A stretch of DNA of 64,000 nucleotides from Bacteroidota bacterium (lineage in GTDB: Bacteria; Bacteroidota; Bacteroidia; NS11-12g; UBA9320), in assembly GCA_947468275.1 (NCBI GenBank), contig CANIKO010000013.1, forward strand, positions 43,721 to 107,720, read 5' to 3'. The notes beneath the pieces were generated by a model. The model was not told where the DNA came from, did no database searches, and saw nothing but the letters and a program-made list of their open reading frames with translations. A program made the position numbers and the translations under genes. Positions 1-9,796 of the stretch are shown piece after piece. How positions within the stretch are numbered: the first letter of the stretch is position 1; each line of letters starts with the position of its first letter.

Positions 1-1811
1 GCCTCTACAGCCTTTTGTTCCCGGTCGCTGCTCCACTTACAAGCTGCTTCCAAGCTACTTTGATCAATTGGATTAACTTTGTTTAGCATTTTAAATAAAA
101 ACCTATGTGCTAACAAATCAGGATAACGACGAATAGGTGAGGTGAAATGGGCGTAATAATCAAACCCTAATCCGAAGTGTCCTGATTTTTTGGTGGTGTA
201 AAATGCCTTTTCCATACTGCGAATAGCCAATGGTTGAAGAATGGTAGAAACCTGTGTTCCCTCAATTTCCTTGGTCATGGCATTAATACTTTGTATGTAG
301 GTATTTTCTGTTTCCGTATTAATCTGAAAACCAAACCGCGAAGCAATGGCTGCAAATTCCATCATTTTATTTGGAACCGGCGGTTCGTGCAAACGGTAAG
401 GAATGGAGTATGGTTTATATTTGGTGTTAACCAAAGTGGCTACTCGTTTATTAGCCAAAAGCATAAACTCTTCCACCAATTTATGGGCATCCTTTCTTAC
501 TTTTTTATAAACTTCAATGGGTTTTCCAAGTTTGTCAAGTTTAAATTTCACCTCTTCCGTTTCAAACGAAATAGCTCCTTGACGGAAGCGTTCTTCTTTT
601 AAATTTTTGGCAATTTTATTTAAAGTTATTAGTTCCGTTGCCAATTCACCTTCACCGGCTTCCAATATTTCTTGGGCTTCTTCATAGCTAAATCGGCGAT
701 GCGAATGGATAACAGTTTTCCCAAACCATTCCTTTAAAATTTTGCCTTTGCCATCCAGTTCAAATACTGCGGCAAAACACAATCGGTCTTCTTCGGGCAC
801 TAAAGAACACAATTCATTGGAAATTTTTTCAGGTAACATTGGCACCACCCTATCAACTAAATACACGGATGTGGCTCTGGCATAAGCTTCCTTATCCAAC
901 AATGAACCTTCCGTTACAAAATGAGAAACATCGGCAATATGCACCCCAACTTCAAATTTATTTTCCCCCAAAACCTTAAATGAAATGGCATCGTCAAAAT
1001 CCTTGGCATCAGCCGGGTCAATAGTGATGGTAAGGGTCTGTCTGAAATCTTTCCGACTTTCAATTTCAGCTTCAGGTATCATCAATGGCATTTTATCGGC
1101 TTCGTCCATTACCTCTTTTGGAAATTCAGGATTCAATCCAAACTCCATCAATATGGCATGTATTTCGGTATTGTGTTCACCTGCTTTACCCAAAACTTTT
1201 AACACTTCGGCATTGGGGTTTTTCGCCATCTTTGGCCAGTCGGTAATTTTTACAATCGCTTTGTAATTATTTTTAACCCCACGTAATTTGTCTTTTGGTA
1301 TAAAAAAATCGGTATGACTGCGGGTATCATCCGGCACAAAAAAACCAAAACCATCCGACACCTGAATAACACCTACATATTCTTCCCTAGCCCGTTTCAC
1401 AACCTTTACAACCCGGCCTTCCGGTTTATCTTTCCTTCGGGTCGAAATCATTTCTACCTGAACAATATCGCCATTCAAAGCCGGCCAAGTCATACCCGGA
1501 GTTATATGGATATCGGGTTCGTCTTCGCCGGTTAGTAAATAACCTGCTCCCCTCTTATTAAATTCTATTTTACCTTCCAAAAATTCAGAAACTTCTTCTA
1601 TATAAAAACTTCCTTTGGGTTGCTCTATAATTAATTTTTTATTTACCAAATCCATTAAGGCTTCGCCGGAAAGTTCTCTATCGGGCTTAGAATTGAAGCC
1701 CAATCGAGATGAAATTTGTTTGTAATTCATGCGTTTGCCGGGTCTTTCGTTCAACACTTCTAGTATTTGTGCCTCTACCCAGTCATTGTGATTTTTATTG
1801 CCATTGGCCAT
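1..1811 (-). CDS. rnr: Ribonuclease R (RNase II/R family 3'-5' exoribonuclease). This is the N-terminal part; the C-terminus lies beyond the left edge.
   Basis: The minus-strand frame is open to the window edge, so it is absent from the ORF track. My translation starts MANGNKNHNDWVEAQILEVL. It contains the RNB motifs TIDPADAKDFDDAIS, HIADVSHFV, SVYLVDRVVPMLPE and GHFGLGFDYYAHFTSPIRRYPDLLAHR. Confidence 0.9.
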   Translation of the reverse strand, partial: MANGNKNHNDWVEAQILEVLNERPGKRMNYKQISSRLGFNSKPDRELSGEALMDLVNKKLIIEQPKGSFYIEEVSEFLEGKIEFNKRGAGYLLTGEDEPDIHITPGMTWPALNGDIVQVEMISTRRKDKPEGRVVKVVKRAREEYVGVIQVSDGFGFFVPDDTRSHTDFFIPKDKLRGVKNNYKAIVKITDWPKMAKNPNAEVLKVLGKAGEHNTEIHAILMEFGLNPEFPKEVMDEADKMPLMIPEAEIESRKDFRQTLTITIDPADAKDFDDAISFKVLGENKFEVGVHIADVSHFVTEGSLLDKEAYARATSVYLVDRVVPMLPEKISNELCSLVPEEDRLCFAAVFELDGKGKILKEWFGKTVIHSHRRFSYEEAQEILEAGEGELATELITLNKIAKNLKEERFRQGAISFETEEVKFKLDKLGKPIEVYKKVRKDAHKLVEEFMLLANKRVATLVNTKYKPYSIPYRLHEPPVPNKMMEFAAIASRFGFQINTETENTYIQSINAMTKEIEGTQVSTILQPLAIRSMEKAFYTTKKSGHFGLGFDYYAHFTSPIRRYPDLLAHRFLFKMLNKVNPIDQSSLEAACKWSSDREQKAVE

Positions 1812-1816
1812 AGTCG

Positions 1817-1824
1817 CAAAGGTA
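1817..1824 (-). promoter_or_regulatory. Candidate Bacteroidota -7 box TACCTTTG (TAnnTTTG), 5 nt upstream of the rnr ATG
   Basis: The plus strand reads caaaggta, which is TACCTTTG on the minus strand. The spacing implies a leaderless or near-leaderless mRNA. The motif is short and chance matches are common in AT-rich DNA. Confidence 0.3.
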
Positions 1825-1902
1825 AGTGATATTATTTACTATACGTTTTTTAGCAAATTGCGAATTCATTATCAAGCCATTAAAAAAAGCATTTAAGTTA
1901 TT

Positions 1903-1910
1903 TACTTTTG
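1903..1910 (+). promoter_or_regulatory. Candidate -7 box TACTTTTG, 40 nt upstream of the ATG at 1950
   Basis: Exact TAnnTTTG match in the divergent intergenic region between rnr and the 1950 gene. Confidence 0.3.
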
Positions 1911-1949
1911 TTACCCTATAAAAAACATCTAATTCCTCCACTTCCTAAA

Positions 1950-2489
1950 ATGGATATGAAAAAAATTGTAACTTTAGTGTTAATCCTTAATAATTTATTT
2001 GCGTTGGCACAATCCGATGTTATCGCAAAGCCCAAGCCAATACCTTTAAATTTATCAGACACCTCCCAGAAATCAATAAGTTTAGGACTGACAGCCTCTA
2101 TTGGGATGGGGTTAATCCGAAATATACTTTCGCCTCAATTCAATGTGGAATTGCATTATACTTCAAAAAAATTATGGCAAGTTGGTGTTAATACATCATC
2201 GTATTTTTTATTTAAAAAAGATGCATCCAATGATTATAAAACCTATTTGAATACTTTTATAAATGGTGAGTTTAAAAAACAGGGGGCTTTCATTTGTAAT
2301 GCCAAAAATCCAAATAATTCTGGCGGATTGGGTGTTGGGTACCTTTTACAGAAAAACGGTAACTATTTCAAAGGGAATACATTCAAAATATATTATATCA
2401 AGAAGTTATCAGACATAGAAATCTTACCAGAATTTATTTTGACCAATAATTTTAAATCAATTTTTCCTGGTGTTACAATTCGATTTTAA
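1950..2489 (+). CDS. Hypothetical secreted protein
   Basis: The track ORF 1908..2489 begins with TTG. The in-frame ATG at 1950 gives MDMKKIVTLVLILNNLFALAQS, a typical signal peptide. I recognise no family. Confidence 0.5.
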   Translation: MDMKKIVTLVLILNNLFALAQSDVIAKPKPIPLNLSDTSQKSISLGLTASIGMGLIRNILSPQFNVELHYTSKKLWQVGVNTSSYFLFKKDASNDYKTYLNTFINGEFKKQGAFICNAKNPNNSGGLGVGYLLQKNGNYFKGNTFKIYYIKKLSDIEILPEFILTNNFKSIFPGVTIRF

Positions 2490-2496
2490 TACTACC

Positions 2497-4014
2497 TTAA
2501 AACTGAAAATAAATAAAAGGCTGCACTTCACTGCTAGCTACCTGATAAGAAGCGATTATAATGAAGGCTACAATACCTACTTTAATAATCAACGGCAGCA
2601 ATGAAAACCGTTCTTCTAAATTTAACTTAAAGTGTTTTGGTATAAAATGTAAGAAGTAGCCAATTACAATAAAGCTAAATACTTTCCAGTAAGATTGCGC
2701 TTTTAGCATAGCATCAGGCAATGAAAAATTATTAAAGATGCGGCTCAGCATCATTTTTACTGAAGGTACATCATCGGCACGGAAGTATATCCAACAGAAA
2801 CATACAAAATGGAACGTTACTAAACCGGCTATGATATTGTAAATTTTGCTGTTTTGCTTATTGGCCCAAGGCACATATTCCAAATACATTTTATGTAAGG
2901 CTAAGGCTCCACCGTGCAATGAGCCCCAAATAATAAACTTATTGGCTGCCCCGTGCCACAAGCCTCCAAGCAACATTGTAATTAATAAATTTATATACGT
3001 TCTAATTTTTCCTTTTCGGTTTCCACCAAGAGAAATATAAAGATAATCTTTTAGCCAAGTGCTTAGTGAAATATGCCAACGTCGCCAAAATTCGGTAATG
3101 GAAAGCGACACATACGGCGAGTTGAAGTTAAGCGGTAATCGAAAACCAAGCAATAATGAAATACCGATGGCCATATCACTATAGCCCGAAAAATCACAAT
3201 AAATTTGGATGGCATATCCATACACGGCCATCAGGTTATCAAACCCTGAATATAACTGCGGGTCATCAAAAACCCTGTCTACAAAATTGATACTGATATA
3301 ATCAGAGATGACAGTTTTCTTAATAAATCCTCCCATGATTAAGAAAATGGCATGACCAAATTCTCGTTCGGTAAGGCTGAATTTTTTTACTATTTGAGGA
3401 AGAAAATCAACGGCCCGTACAATGGGACCGGCAATTAGCTGAGGAAAATAGGTTACAAAAAAACCAAAGTCTAAAATATTTTTAGCAGGTTCAATGTGCT
3501 TTCGATATACATCTATTGTGTAACTCAATGTTTGAAAGGTAAAGAACGAAATACCAACTGGAAGCACAATTTTATTAATATCAAAACCAGTTCCAAATAG
3601 ATTATTGGAAGCTATATAAAAAATATTTTGTGGATGAAAATTGGTTCCTATCAAATCGTTGACAATACCCGCAAAGTAATTAGTGTATTTAAAGAATACT
3701 AGAAGCCCGAGGTTTATACTCAGACTTATAATTAAAAAGAGTTTTCGTTTAAACTGGCTTTTGGAATAATATATGGCATTGGCCAAATAAAAATCATAAA
3801 TGGTCGACAGCACTAATAATGAGAAAAACCACCCCCCTGTGCGATAATAAAAAAACACACCAAAACAGATGAGGTAAAAACTCCGCAACTGCAATCTATC
3901 GTGTATAAAGGCATACACACCATACATTACAGTAAATATAAAAACAAACAAATACTGACTGAATAACAGTGGTGATGTTTCAGAAAAAACAAATATTTCC
4001 CGGAGGGTTAGCAT
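2497..4014 (-). CDS. MBOAT-family membrane O-acyltransferase (AlgI/DltB/PatA-like)
   Basis: 505 aa and polytopic. It has MBOAT-type segments FWRRWHISLSTWLKDYLYISLGGNR and LLGGLWHGA, including the conserved His. It is the last gene of a four-gene minus-strand operon. Confidence 0.85.
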   Translation of the reverse strand: MLTLREIFVFSETSPLLFSQYLFVFIFTVMYGVYAFIHDRLQLRSFYLICFGVFFYYRTGGWFFSLLVLSTIYDFYLANAIYYSKSQFKRKLFLIISLSINLGLLVFFKYTNYFAGIVNDLIGTNFHPQNIFYIASNNLFGTGFDINKIVLPVGISFFTFQTLSYTIDVYRKHIEPAKNILDFGFFVTYFPQLIAGPIVRAVDFLPQIVKKFSLTEREFGHAIFLIMGGFIKKTVISDYISINFVDRVFDDPQLYSGFDNLMAVYGYAIQIYCDFSGYSDMAIGISLLLGFRLPLNFNSPYVSLSITEFWRRWHISLSTWLKDYLYISLGGNRKGKIRTYINLLITMLLGGLWHGAANKFIIWGSLHGGALALHKMYLEYVPWANKQNSKIYNIIAGLVTFHFVCFCWIYFRADDVPSVKMMLSRIFNNFSLPDAMLKAQSYWKVFSFIVIGYFLHFIPKHFKLNLEERFSLLPLIIKVGIVAFIIIASYQVASSEVQPFIYFQF

Positions 4015-4089
4015 ATAATATTAAACTTTTTTAAATCTTAAATCTTTATTCTTAAATTATCCAATTGACCTATTTCCAAATTTCCAAAT

Positions 4090-5352
4090 CTAGTTAAATC
4101 GCTTTTCATAAGCATCCATAATGGCTCTGTAGAGTAACTCGCCCTGCACCTCGTAACCTTTTTTGGAATAATGCACATAATCGTTTCTAGCCAAGCCCTG
4201 CTTTACCCAGTTTTTAATAGAATAATCTCCTCCCATCACAGCATTAAAATCCCAAACCCCGCAATTGTATTCTTCAGCCAATTCGTAAAGAACAGTTCGA
4301 TAATTGTTATTATTATTATTGTGCGCTCCATTTTTTAAATAAAAGTCGCCTGGGGTAACCAACAATATTGATACTCCAGGTTTAGATGCACGAATATTAT
4401 CCAACAATGTTCTTAAATTATCCTTGATACAAAACCTACAGTAACGGCTTTCAGGCAAAAAATTATCATTGGTACCTAACGAAACTATTACCAAATCAGG
4501 TTCCAAAGCACTCAATTCTTTGGTAAACAAGGTGCTTTTATTATACGTTTTTGTAAATGCTCCGTTAAGCCCGATGGCATGGTATAAAAGACCCGGATTA
4601 TTATTTTCAAGACTCATTCCATAAAATTGAAAATGATTTTGAGCAGGAAATGATTTTGCTAAACGCATATTTACCGTATCTTGAGGTTTGTTAAAAAAGA
4701 ACTGTGAATATCCATCTTCAACAGGCTGCTCGTCAAAAAAGAAATTATTGTCCTTATTGTTTTCAAAAATAGGAGAATAACTATCCTCATCTGTGTGATA
4801 AAATAATTTCAAACTATTGAAGCTATAATCCATTTTCCCATTCCGCTCTGGATCAATAATCATATATGAATTACTGTCTCTTGTGTTTATTTCCAGTCCA
4901 TTCAATCCCAAAGTACATGCATCCCCCGATTGTGTTGCTTTGCAATTGCTCCACTTCCCTCCAAACATTAAACTATAATTAATAGGATTATTGGTATTAG
5001 CTATTCGAAAAGGAAAAATAAAGCCTCGACCACCGTTGCCAAAGGTTTGTTGAAATAATGTACGAGTTTCGTTGGTTAAATAATCTGCTTGTATGTGCGA
5101 ATCACCTAGATGAACAATATTTATTTTACCCATTCGGGATTTAATAAAATGGTCTAAATGATTGAAAAAAGAAAATAGATACTTATCGGTTCCATTGCCA
5201 ATTGTATTTTTTTCATAATCAATGCAAGGATACACGTTTTTAAATATCACTAATTCATTTTTCTGATTCGAAAACGACGTAAATAGTAAGATTAGAAGGA
5301 TATTGAAAAATATCATCCTAATCCTAGTTGTCATTTTTTTTCCATTACTCAA
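4090..5352 (-). CDS. SGNH/GDSL-family hydrolase or acyltransferase, exported (PatB/AlgJ/DltD-like partner of the MBOAT)
   Basis: It has a signal or anchor sequence (IRMIFFNILLILLFTSFS). SGNH blocks are present: HLGDSH (block I), GLNGA (II), LGTND (III) and DYVHYS (V, DxxH). Its start abuts the stop of the upstream gene. Confidence 0.75.
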   Translation of the reverse strand: MSNGKKMTTRIRMIFFNILLILLFTSFSNQKNELVIFKNVYPCIDYEKNTIGNGTDKYLFSFFNHLDHFIKSRMGKINIVHLGDSHIQADYLTNETRTLFQQTFGNGGRGFIFPFRIANTNNPINYSLMFGGKWSNCKATQSGDACTLGLNGLEINTRDSNSYMIIDPERNGKMDYSFNSLKLFYHTDEDSYSPIFENNKDNNFFFDEQPVEDGYSQFFFNKPQDTVNMRLAKSFPAQNHFQFYGMSLENNNPGLLYHAIGLNGAFTKTYNKSTLFTKELSALEPDLVIVSLGTNDNFLPESRYCRFCIKDNLRTLLDNIRASKPGVSILLVTPGDFYLKNGAHNNNNNNYRTVLYELAEEYNCGVWDFNAVMGGDYSIKNWVKQGLARNDYVHYSKKGYEVQGELLYRAIMDAYEKRFN

Positions 5353-6432
5353 TTAATTATATTTTCCGTCAAATTTATCTTTAATATCAGAAACTATAAG
5401 TCTCACTTCTTGCTCATGTTCCATATTACAAATTAGAATGGCATCATCACTTTCTATCACCATCAGATTACTGACTCCTTGCAACACAATGAGACCTTTT
5501 GAAGAATTATAAATAAAACAATTTTGTGTATCCCTATTTATTACATTTTCACCTATAATCACATTTCCGTCATCGCTTGCTGGTGCTATTTCTTTTACAG
5601 AACGCCATGTACCTAAATCACTCCAACCAAATGAAGAAGGAATCACAAACACATTTTTAGCTTTTTCGATGATTCCATAATCAATAGATACAACAGAACA
5701 AAGTGGGTAACTTCTAGCTATATACTCTTCTTCTTGAGAGGTATAATAAAATTTCTTTCCCGCTTTAAAAAGTTCATGCATTTCAGGTAAATATTTTTCA
5801 AACGAATCAATCCAGGTCTTGGCTGCGCTAACAAATATCCCTGCATTCCATAAAAAATCCCCGCTTTGTATAAAACTTTCTGCTATTTCCAAAGTTGGTT
5901 TTTCAGTAAACGTTTTTACTTTAAAAATATTTTCTGTTGCCAAATCGGTGTAATATTGTATATATCCGTAGCCAGTATCCGGGCGGGTTGGATTAATGCC
6001 CAAGGTTACTATAGCATCATTGCCCGTCACAAAATCAAGTCCTTCTTTTATCTTTTCTAAAAAAGTTGTTTCGTCTGATATAAGGTGATCAGAGGGAAGA
6101 ATAGTAACATTAGCATTAGGGTATTTAGAATAGATTTTATAAACCGAATAGGCAATACATGGTGCTGTATTTTTCAGGGCCGGTTCTAATAAAATATTAC
6201 ATGCCAATAATTTTGGCAGTTGCTTTTTTACTAAATCGGAATAATCTGAATTAGTTACTACATATATTTTATCATTATCAAATAGATGACTTAATCTGTC
6301 GTAGGTCATCTGAATTAGGGTTTTGCCCGTGCCAAGTATATCAAGAAACTGTTTTGGATTATCGGTTCGGCTAACCGGCCAAAACCGGCTTCCAATGCCA
6401 CCGGCCATTATTACTGCAAAATTTTCACTCAT
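5353..6432 (-). CDS. Mannose-1-phosphate guanylyltransferase (GDP-mannose pyrophosphorylase, nucleotidyltransferase domain only)
   Basis: The N-terminus AVIMAGGIGSRFWPVSR is a sugar-nucleotidyltransferase G-loop. The overall ManC/CpsB N-domain pattern is present (LPSDH, FTEKP, WNAGIF, IDYGIMEKA-like). Confidence 0.8.
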   Translation of the reverse strand: MSENFAVIMAGGIGSRFWPVSRTDNPKQFLDILGTGKTLIQMTYDRLSHLFDNDKIYVVTNSDYSDLVKKQLPKLLACNILLEPALKNTAPCIAYSVYKIYSKYPNANVTILPSDHLISDETTFLEKIKEGLDFVTGNDAIVTLGINPTRPDTGYGYIQYYTDLATENIFKVKTFTEKPTLEIAESFIQSGDFLWNAGIFVSAAKTWIDSFEKYLPEMHELFKAGKKFYYTSQEEEYIARSYPLCSVVSIDYGIIEKAKNVFVIPSSFGWSDLGTWRSVKEIAPASDDGNVIIGENVINRDTQNCFIYNSSKGLIVLQGVSNLMVIESDDAILICNMEHEQEVRLIVSDIKDKFDGKYN

Positions 6433-6442
6433 CTAAAAATAT

Positions 6443-7411
6443 CTAACTAATTCCCTCTTTATTTAAATCATGAAAATGAACTATTCCAGCATAATTCCCA
6501 TTTTCAGTAACTAATATCTGTGTTATTTTAAGATCAGTCATAACTGTGGCTGCTTCTATAGCCATGCAACCCTCATCTAATGATTTTGGATTAATGCTCA
6601 TTATATCTTTAGCTCGGAACTCTTGTATTGTTAAATTTTTCTCAAGCATCCGTCTAATATCTCCATCTGTTATTATTCCTGCAATTTTGCCATTATCATC
6701 AATAACTGCTGTAGCACCAAGCCTACCTTTAGTTATTTCCATTATTACATTTTTAACATTATCATCTGGCTTTACTTTGGGCTTGGGGTTGGTAAAAATA
6801 AAATCTTTAAGGGTAAGATACAATTGCTTACCCAAGGCACCTCCAGGATGATAACGTGCAAAATCATCTGATGAAAACTTTCGGGCATTAAGGAGACATA
6901 CAGCTAAGGCATCTCCCATTGCCAATTGAGCGGTGGTACTAGAGGTTGGAGCCAAATTATTGGGGCATGCTTCTTTTTCTACAGTAGTGTTGATAACAAA
7001 ATCACTTTGCTTGGCGAGATAGGAATTTACATTTCCAACCATTCCTATTAAAACATTTTCAGTTTTTTTTAATAATGGAATTAAATTTTTTATTTCCGGA
7101 GTTTCACCACTTTTTGAAATACAAAGGACAATGTCTCGGGTTTGAATCATTCCTAAATCACCATGTATGGCATCAGCTGCATGCATGAAAAGGGATGGAG
7201 TTCCAGTACTGTTAAGGGTTGCAACAATTTTATTGGCAATAATGGCGCTCTTACCTATCCCTGTTATGACAAGCCTTCCTTCTGATTTTAAAATTATATC
7301 AACAGCTTGTGCAAAATCATCATCAATAAATTTTACAAGATTCAATACAGATTCTGCTTCAACCTGCAATGTTTTTATACCATTTTGTTTTATTTCGTGG
7401 AAATTTTCCAA
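6443..7411 (-). CDS. kdsD: KpsF/GutQ-family arabinose-5-phosphate isomerase (SIS domain plus tandem CBS)
   Basis: It has the SIS motif VITGIGKSAIIANKIVATLNSTGTPS and HGDLGM, followed by two CBS repeats. The start codon is TTG and there is no in-frame ATG nearby. Confidence 0.85.
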   Translation of the reverse strand: MENFHEIKQNGIKTLQVEAESVLNLVKFIDDDFAQAVDIILKSEGRLVITGIGKSAIIANKIVATLNSTGTPSLFMHAADAIHGDLGMIQTRDIVLCISKSGETPEIKNLIPLLKKTENVLIGMVGNVNSYLAKQSDFVINTTVEKEACPNNLAPTSSTTAQLAMGDALAVCLLNARKFSSDDFARYHPGGALGKQLYLTLKDFIFTNPKPKVKPDDNVKNVIMEITKGRLGATAVIDDNGKIAGIITDGDIRRMLEKNLTIQEFRAKDIMSINPKSLDEGCMAIEAATVMTDLKITQILVTENGNYAGIVHFHDLNKEGIS

Positions 7412-7433
7412 TAGGCCATTTAAATTTGGTCTG

Positions 7434-7441
7434 CAAAAATA
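7434..7441 (-). promoter_or_regulatory. Candidate -7 box TATTTTTG for the kdsD operon
   Basis: The plus strand reads caaaaata, which is TATTTTTG on the minus strand. It lies 22 nt upstream of the kdsD start. Confidence 0.35.
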
Positions 7442-7476
7442 AATATAATGCTTGCAACTTTAGTAAGCATTATATT
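7442..7476. promoter_or_regulatory. Perfect 12-bp inverted repeat (AATATAATGCTT N11 AAGCATTATATT) in the kdsD/recQ divergent region
   Basis: I paired it base by base: 7442-7453 against 7465-7476. It sits between two divergent starts, so it is not a terminator. It could be an operator or a 5' leader hairpin. Confidence 0.4.
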
Positions 7477-7519
7477 AATTTAGTGCCATAAATAAGAAAT
7501 AGAAAAGGAGAAGGAAAAA

Positions 7520-9712
7520 ATGAATGTTGAAGTGTTGGATTTAAAAGATAAGCTAAAGGAATTTTTCGGGTTTGATAGTTATAAAGGCAATCAAGAAATG
7601 GTTATAGAGTCCATCATGAAGGGCGAAGATTGTTTTGTAATAATGCCTACAGGAGCGGGTAAATCATTATGTTATCAGTTACCTGCATTAATAAATGATG
7701 GAACTGCAATCATAATTTCACCGTTAATAGCACTGATGAAAAATCAGGTGGATTTGATTAGAGGATTTGGGGATAATGATGCCGTAGCACATTTTCTAAA
7801 CTCTTCACTAACTAAAACCGATTCCACAAAAGTGAAGGCTGATGTTACTTCGGGAAAGACAAAATTATTATATGTTGCTCCCGAAACTTTAAAGAAAGAA
7901 GAAACCGTAGAATTTCTTCGTTCTATAAAAGTATCATTTGTTGCTGTCGATGAAGCGCATTGTATTTCAGAATGGGGGCATGACTTCAGACCGGAGTATC
8001 GCAGAATAAAACAAATTATTAAATCTATTGATGATGTACCAATTGTAGCATTAACTGCCACAGCTACCCCTAAGGTGCAATCTGATATTCAGAAAAATCT
8101 CGGAATGAATGACGCCATCGTATATAAGTCTTCATTTAATAGAGGAAATTTGTATTATGAAGTTCGTGAAAAAGGAAAAAAAGATAAAACACTTAAAGAT
8201 ATCCTAGGCATTATAAATGCTCGAAAAGGAAAATCAATAATTATATATTGCCTTAGCCGCAAAAAAGTGGAAGAAATCTCTTCCATACTTGTGGCCAATG
8301 GTATCAAATCATTGCCATATCACGCCGGGTTAGATGCAAAAACAAGGGTTATAAACCAAGATGCATTTTTAAAAGAAGATGTAGATGTAATAGTAGCCAC
8401 TATTGCCTTTGGTATGGGAATAGACAAGCCAGATATTAGATGTGTAATACATTATGATGTTCCAAAATCCTTAGAAGGGTATTATCAGGAAACTGGACGG
8501 GCTGGTAGAGATGGTATGGATGGAGAATGTTTTTTATTCTATAATCCAGCAGATACTGAAAAATTAGAGAAATTCATGAAAGATAAGCCTGTAGCAGAGC
8601 GAGAAATCGGCTCACAGCTTATTTTTGAAATGTCGTGCTTTGCAGAATCATCGCAATGCAGACGAAAAATACTATTGCACTATTTTGGGGAAAATTTTGA
8701 TGAGGAAAATTGCAACAAAATGTGTGATAATTGCAGACACCCAAAAACTATGCACGAAGTGACACAAGAACTTAGCGATGTTCTGGAAGCTGTAAAAGAA
8801 ACAGCTGGCAAAGTAAACCAGGAACACATTATTGATTTAATCAGAGGTGAGAACTCTGACGAGGTAAAAGCGTATCGACATGATAAACTTGAATCGTTTG
8901 GAGTAGGAAAAGATAAAGACGCCAACTTTTGGAAAAGTGTGGTAAAACTAGCACTACTCGAAAACTATATTCAAAAAAATATAGAAAATTATGGTTTGTT
9001 AAGTATTACCGATCTTGGTGAAAAATACTTAAAGAATCCTAAATCTCACAAATTAGCAGCTGACCAAGAATTTGAAAAAGTTTCAGATGAGGATTTTGAA
9101 CAGTTTCAAATTGAAAATGTTTATGATGAAGAACTTTTCTTGCGACTTAAAGAGCTTCAAAAGCAAGTAGCAAAAACTGAAAATTTACCACCTTATGTTA
9201 TTTTTCAAGAAACATCTCTTGAAGAAATGGCCACCAAATATCCTATCACCATTGAAGAATTTGAAAATATTCAAGGAGTTGGGAAAAATAAGGCGAAAAA
9301 ATTCGGAGCACCTTTTGTTGAGGTAATAGCCGCCTACGTTGAGGAAAACGAAATAGAACGACCTCAGGACATGGTTCTTAAAACTGTAGCCAACCGTTCC
9401 GGTAAAAAAATCCAAATTATTCAAAATATTGATAAAAAGGCTGACCTTGAGGATTTATGCATTTCTCTAGGAATGAGTTTTGATGAACTTTTAGCTGAGC
9501 TTGAAAATATTGTGTATTCTGGGACTAAAATCAATATCAAATATTTTATAGATGAACTGATGGACGAAAATATTCAAGCCGATATTTATGAACACTTCAG
9601 AAAATCTCAAATAGATGATGTAGATGCTGCCGTTAAGGCTTTCGATGGCGACTTTACCCATGAAGAACTTGGACTGATGAGGATTCAGTTTATTTCGGAT
9701 GTAGCTAATTAG
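7520..9712 (+). CDS. recQ: ATP-dependent DNA helicase RecQ
   Basis: 730 aa. It has helicase motifs (PTGAGKSLCYQLPA, DEAHCISEWGHDFRPEY, TATAT, ATIAFGMGIDKPD, QETGRAGRDG), a Zn-binding Cys cluster (CRRK..C..CDNC) and a C-terminal HRDC-like region. Confidence 0.95.
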   Translation: MNVEVLDLKDKLKEFFGFDSYKGNQEMVIESIMKGEDCFVIMPTGAGKSLCYQLPALINDGTAIIISPLIALMKNQVDLIRGFGDNDAVAHFLNSSLTKTDSTKVKADVTSGKTKLLYVAPETLKKEETVEFLRSIKVSFVAVDEAHCISEWGHDFRPEYRRIKQIIKSIDDVPIVALTATATPKVQSDIQKNLGMNDAIVYKSSFNRGNLYYEVREKGKKDKTLKDILGIINARKGKSIIIYCLSRKKVEEISSILVANGIKSLPYHAGLDAKTRVINQDAFLKEDVDVIVATIAFGMGIDKPDIRCVIHYDVPKSLEGYYQETGRAGRDGMDGECFLFYNPADTEKLEKFMKDKPVAEREIGSQLIFEMSCFAESSQCRRKILLHYFGENFDEENCNKMCDNCRHPKTMHEVTQELSDVLEAVKETAGKVNQEHIIDLIRGENSDEVKAYRHDKLESFGVGKDKDANFWKSVVKLALLENYIQKNIENYGLLSITDLGEKYLKNPKSHKLAADQEFEKVSDEDFEQFQIENVYDEELFLRLKELQKQVAKTENLPPYVIFQETSLEEMATKYPITIEEFENIQGVGKNKAKKFGAPFVEVIAAYVEENEIERPQDMVLKTVANRSGKKIQIIQNIDKKADLEDLCISLGMSFDELLAELENIVYSGTKINIKYFIDELMDENIQADIYEHFRKSQIDDVDAAVKAFDGDFTHEELGLMRIQFISDVAN

Positions 9713-9796
9713 TGATTGGTAATTCGTTACTGAGTTAATAGATTTTGAGCAAAAAACTTAATAAGCTCTTAAACCAATAACTTCTAAAATCTAACA

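Noticed and set aside
234-1535. Plus-strand ORFs 234..602, 985..1266 and 1314..1535
   Set aside because: They are antisense to the strongly supported RNase R frame. Their translations have no signal or family features.
4305-4321. A run of (AAT)-type codons encoding N6 in the SGNH protein, as a slippage locus
   Set aside because: It is only five or six trinucleotide units, in frame, in very AT-rich DNA. That is not distinctive enough to flag.
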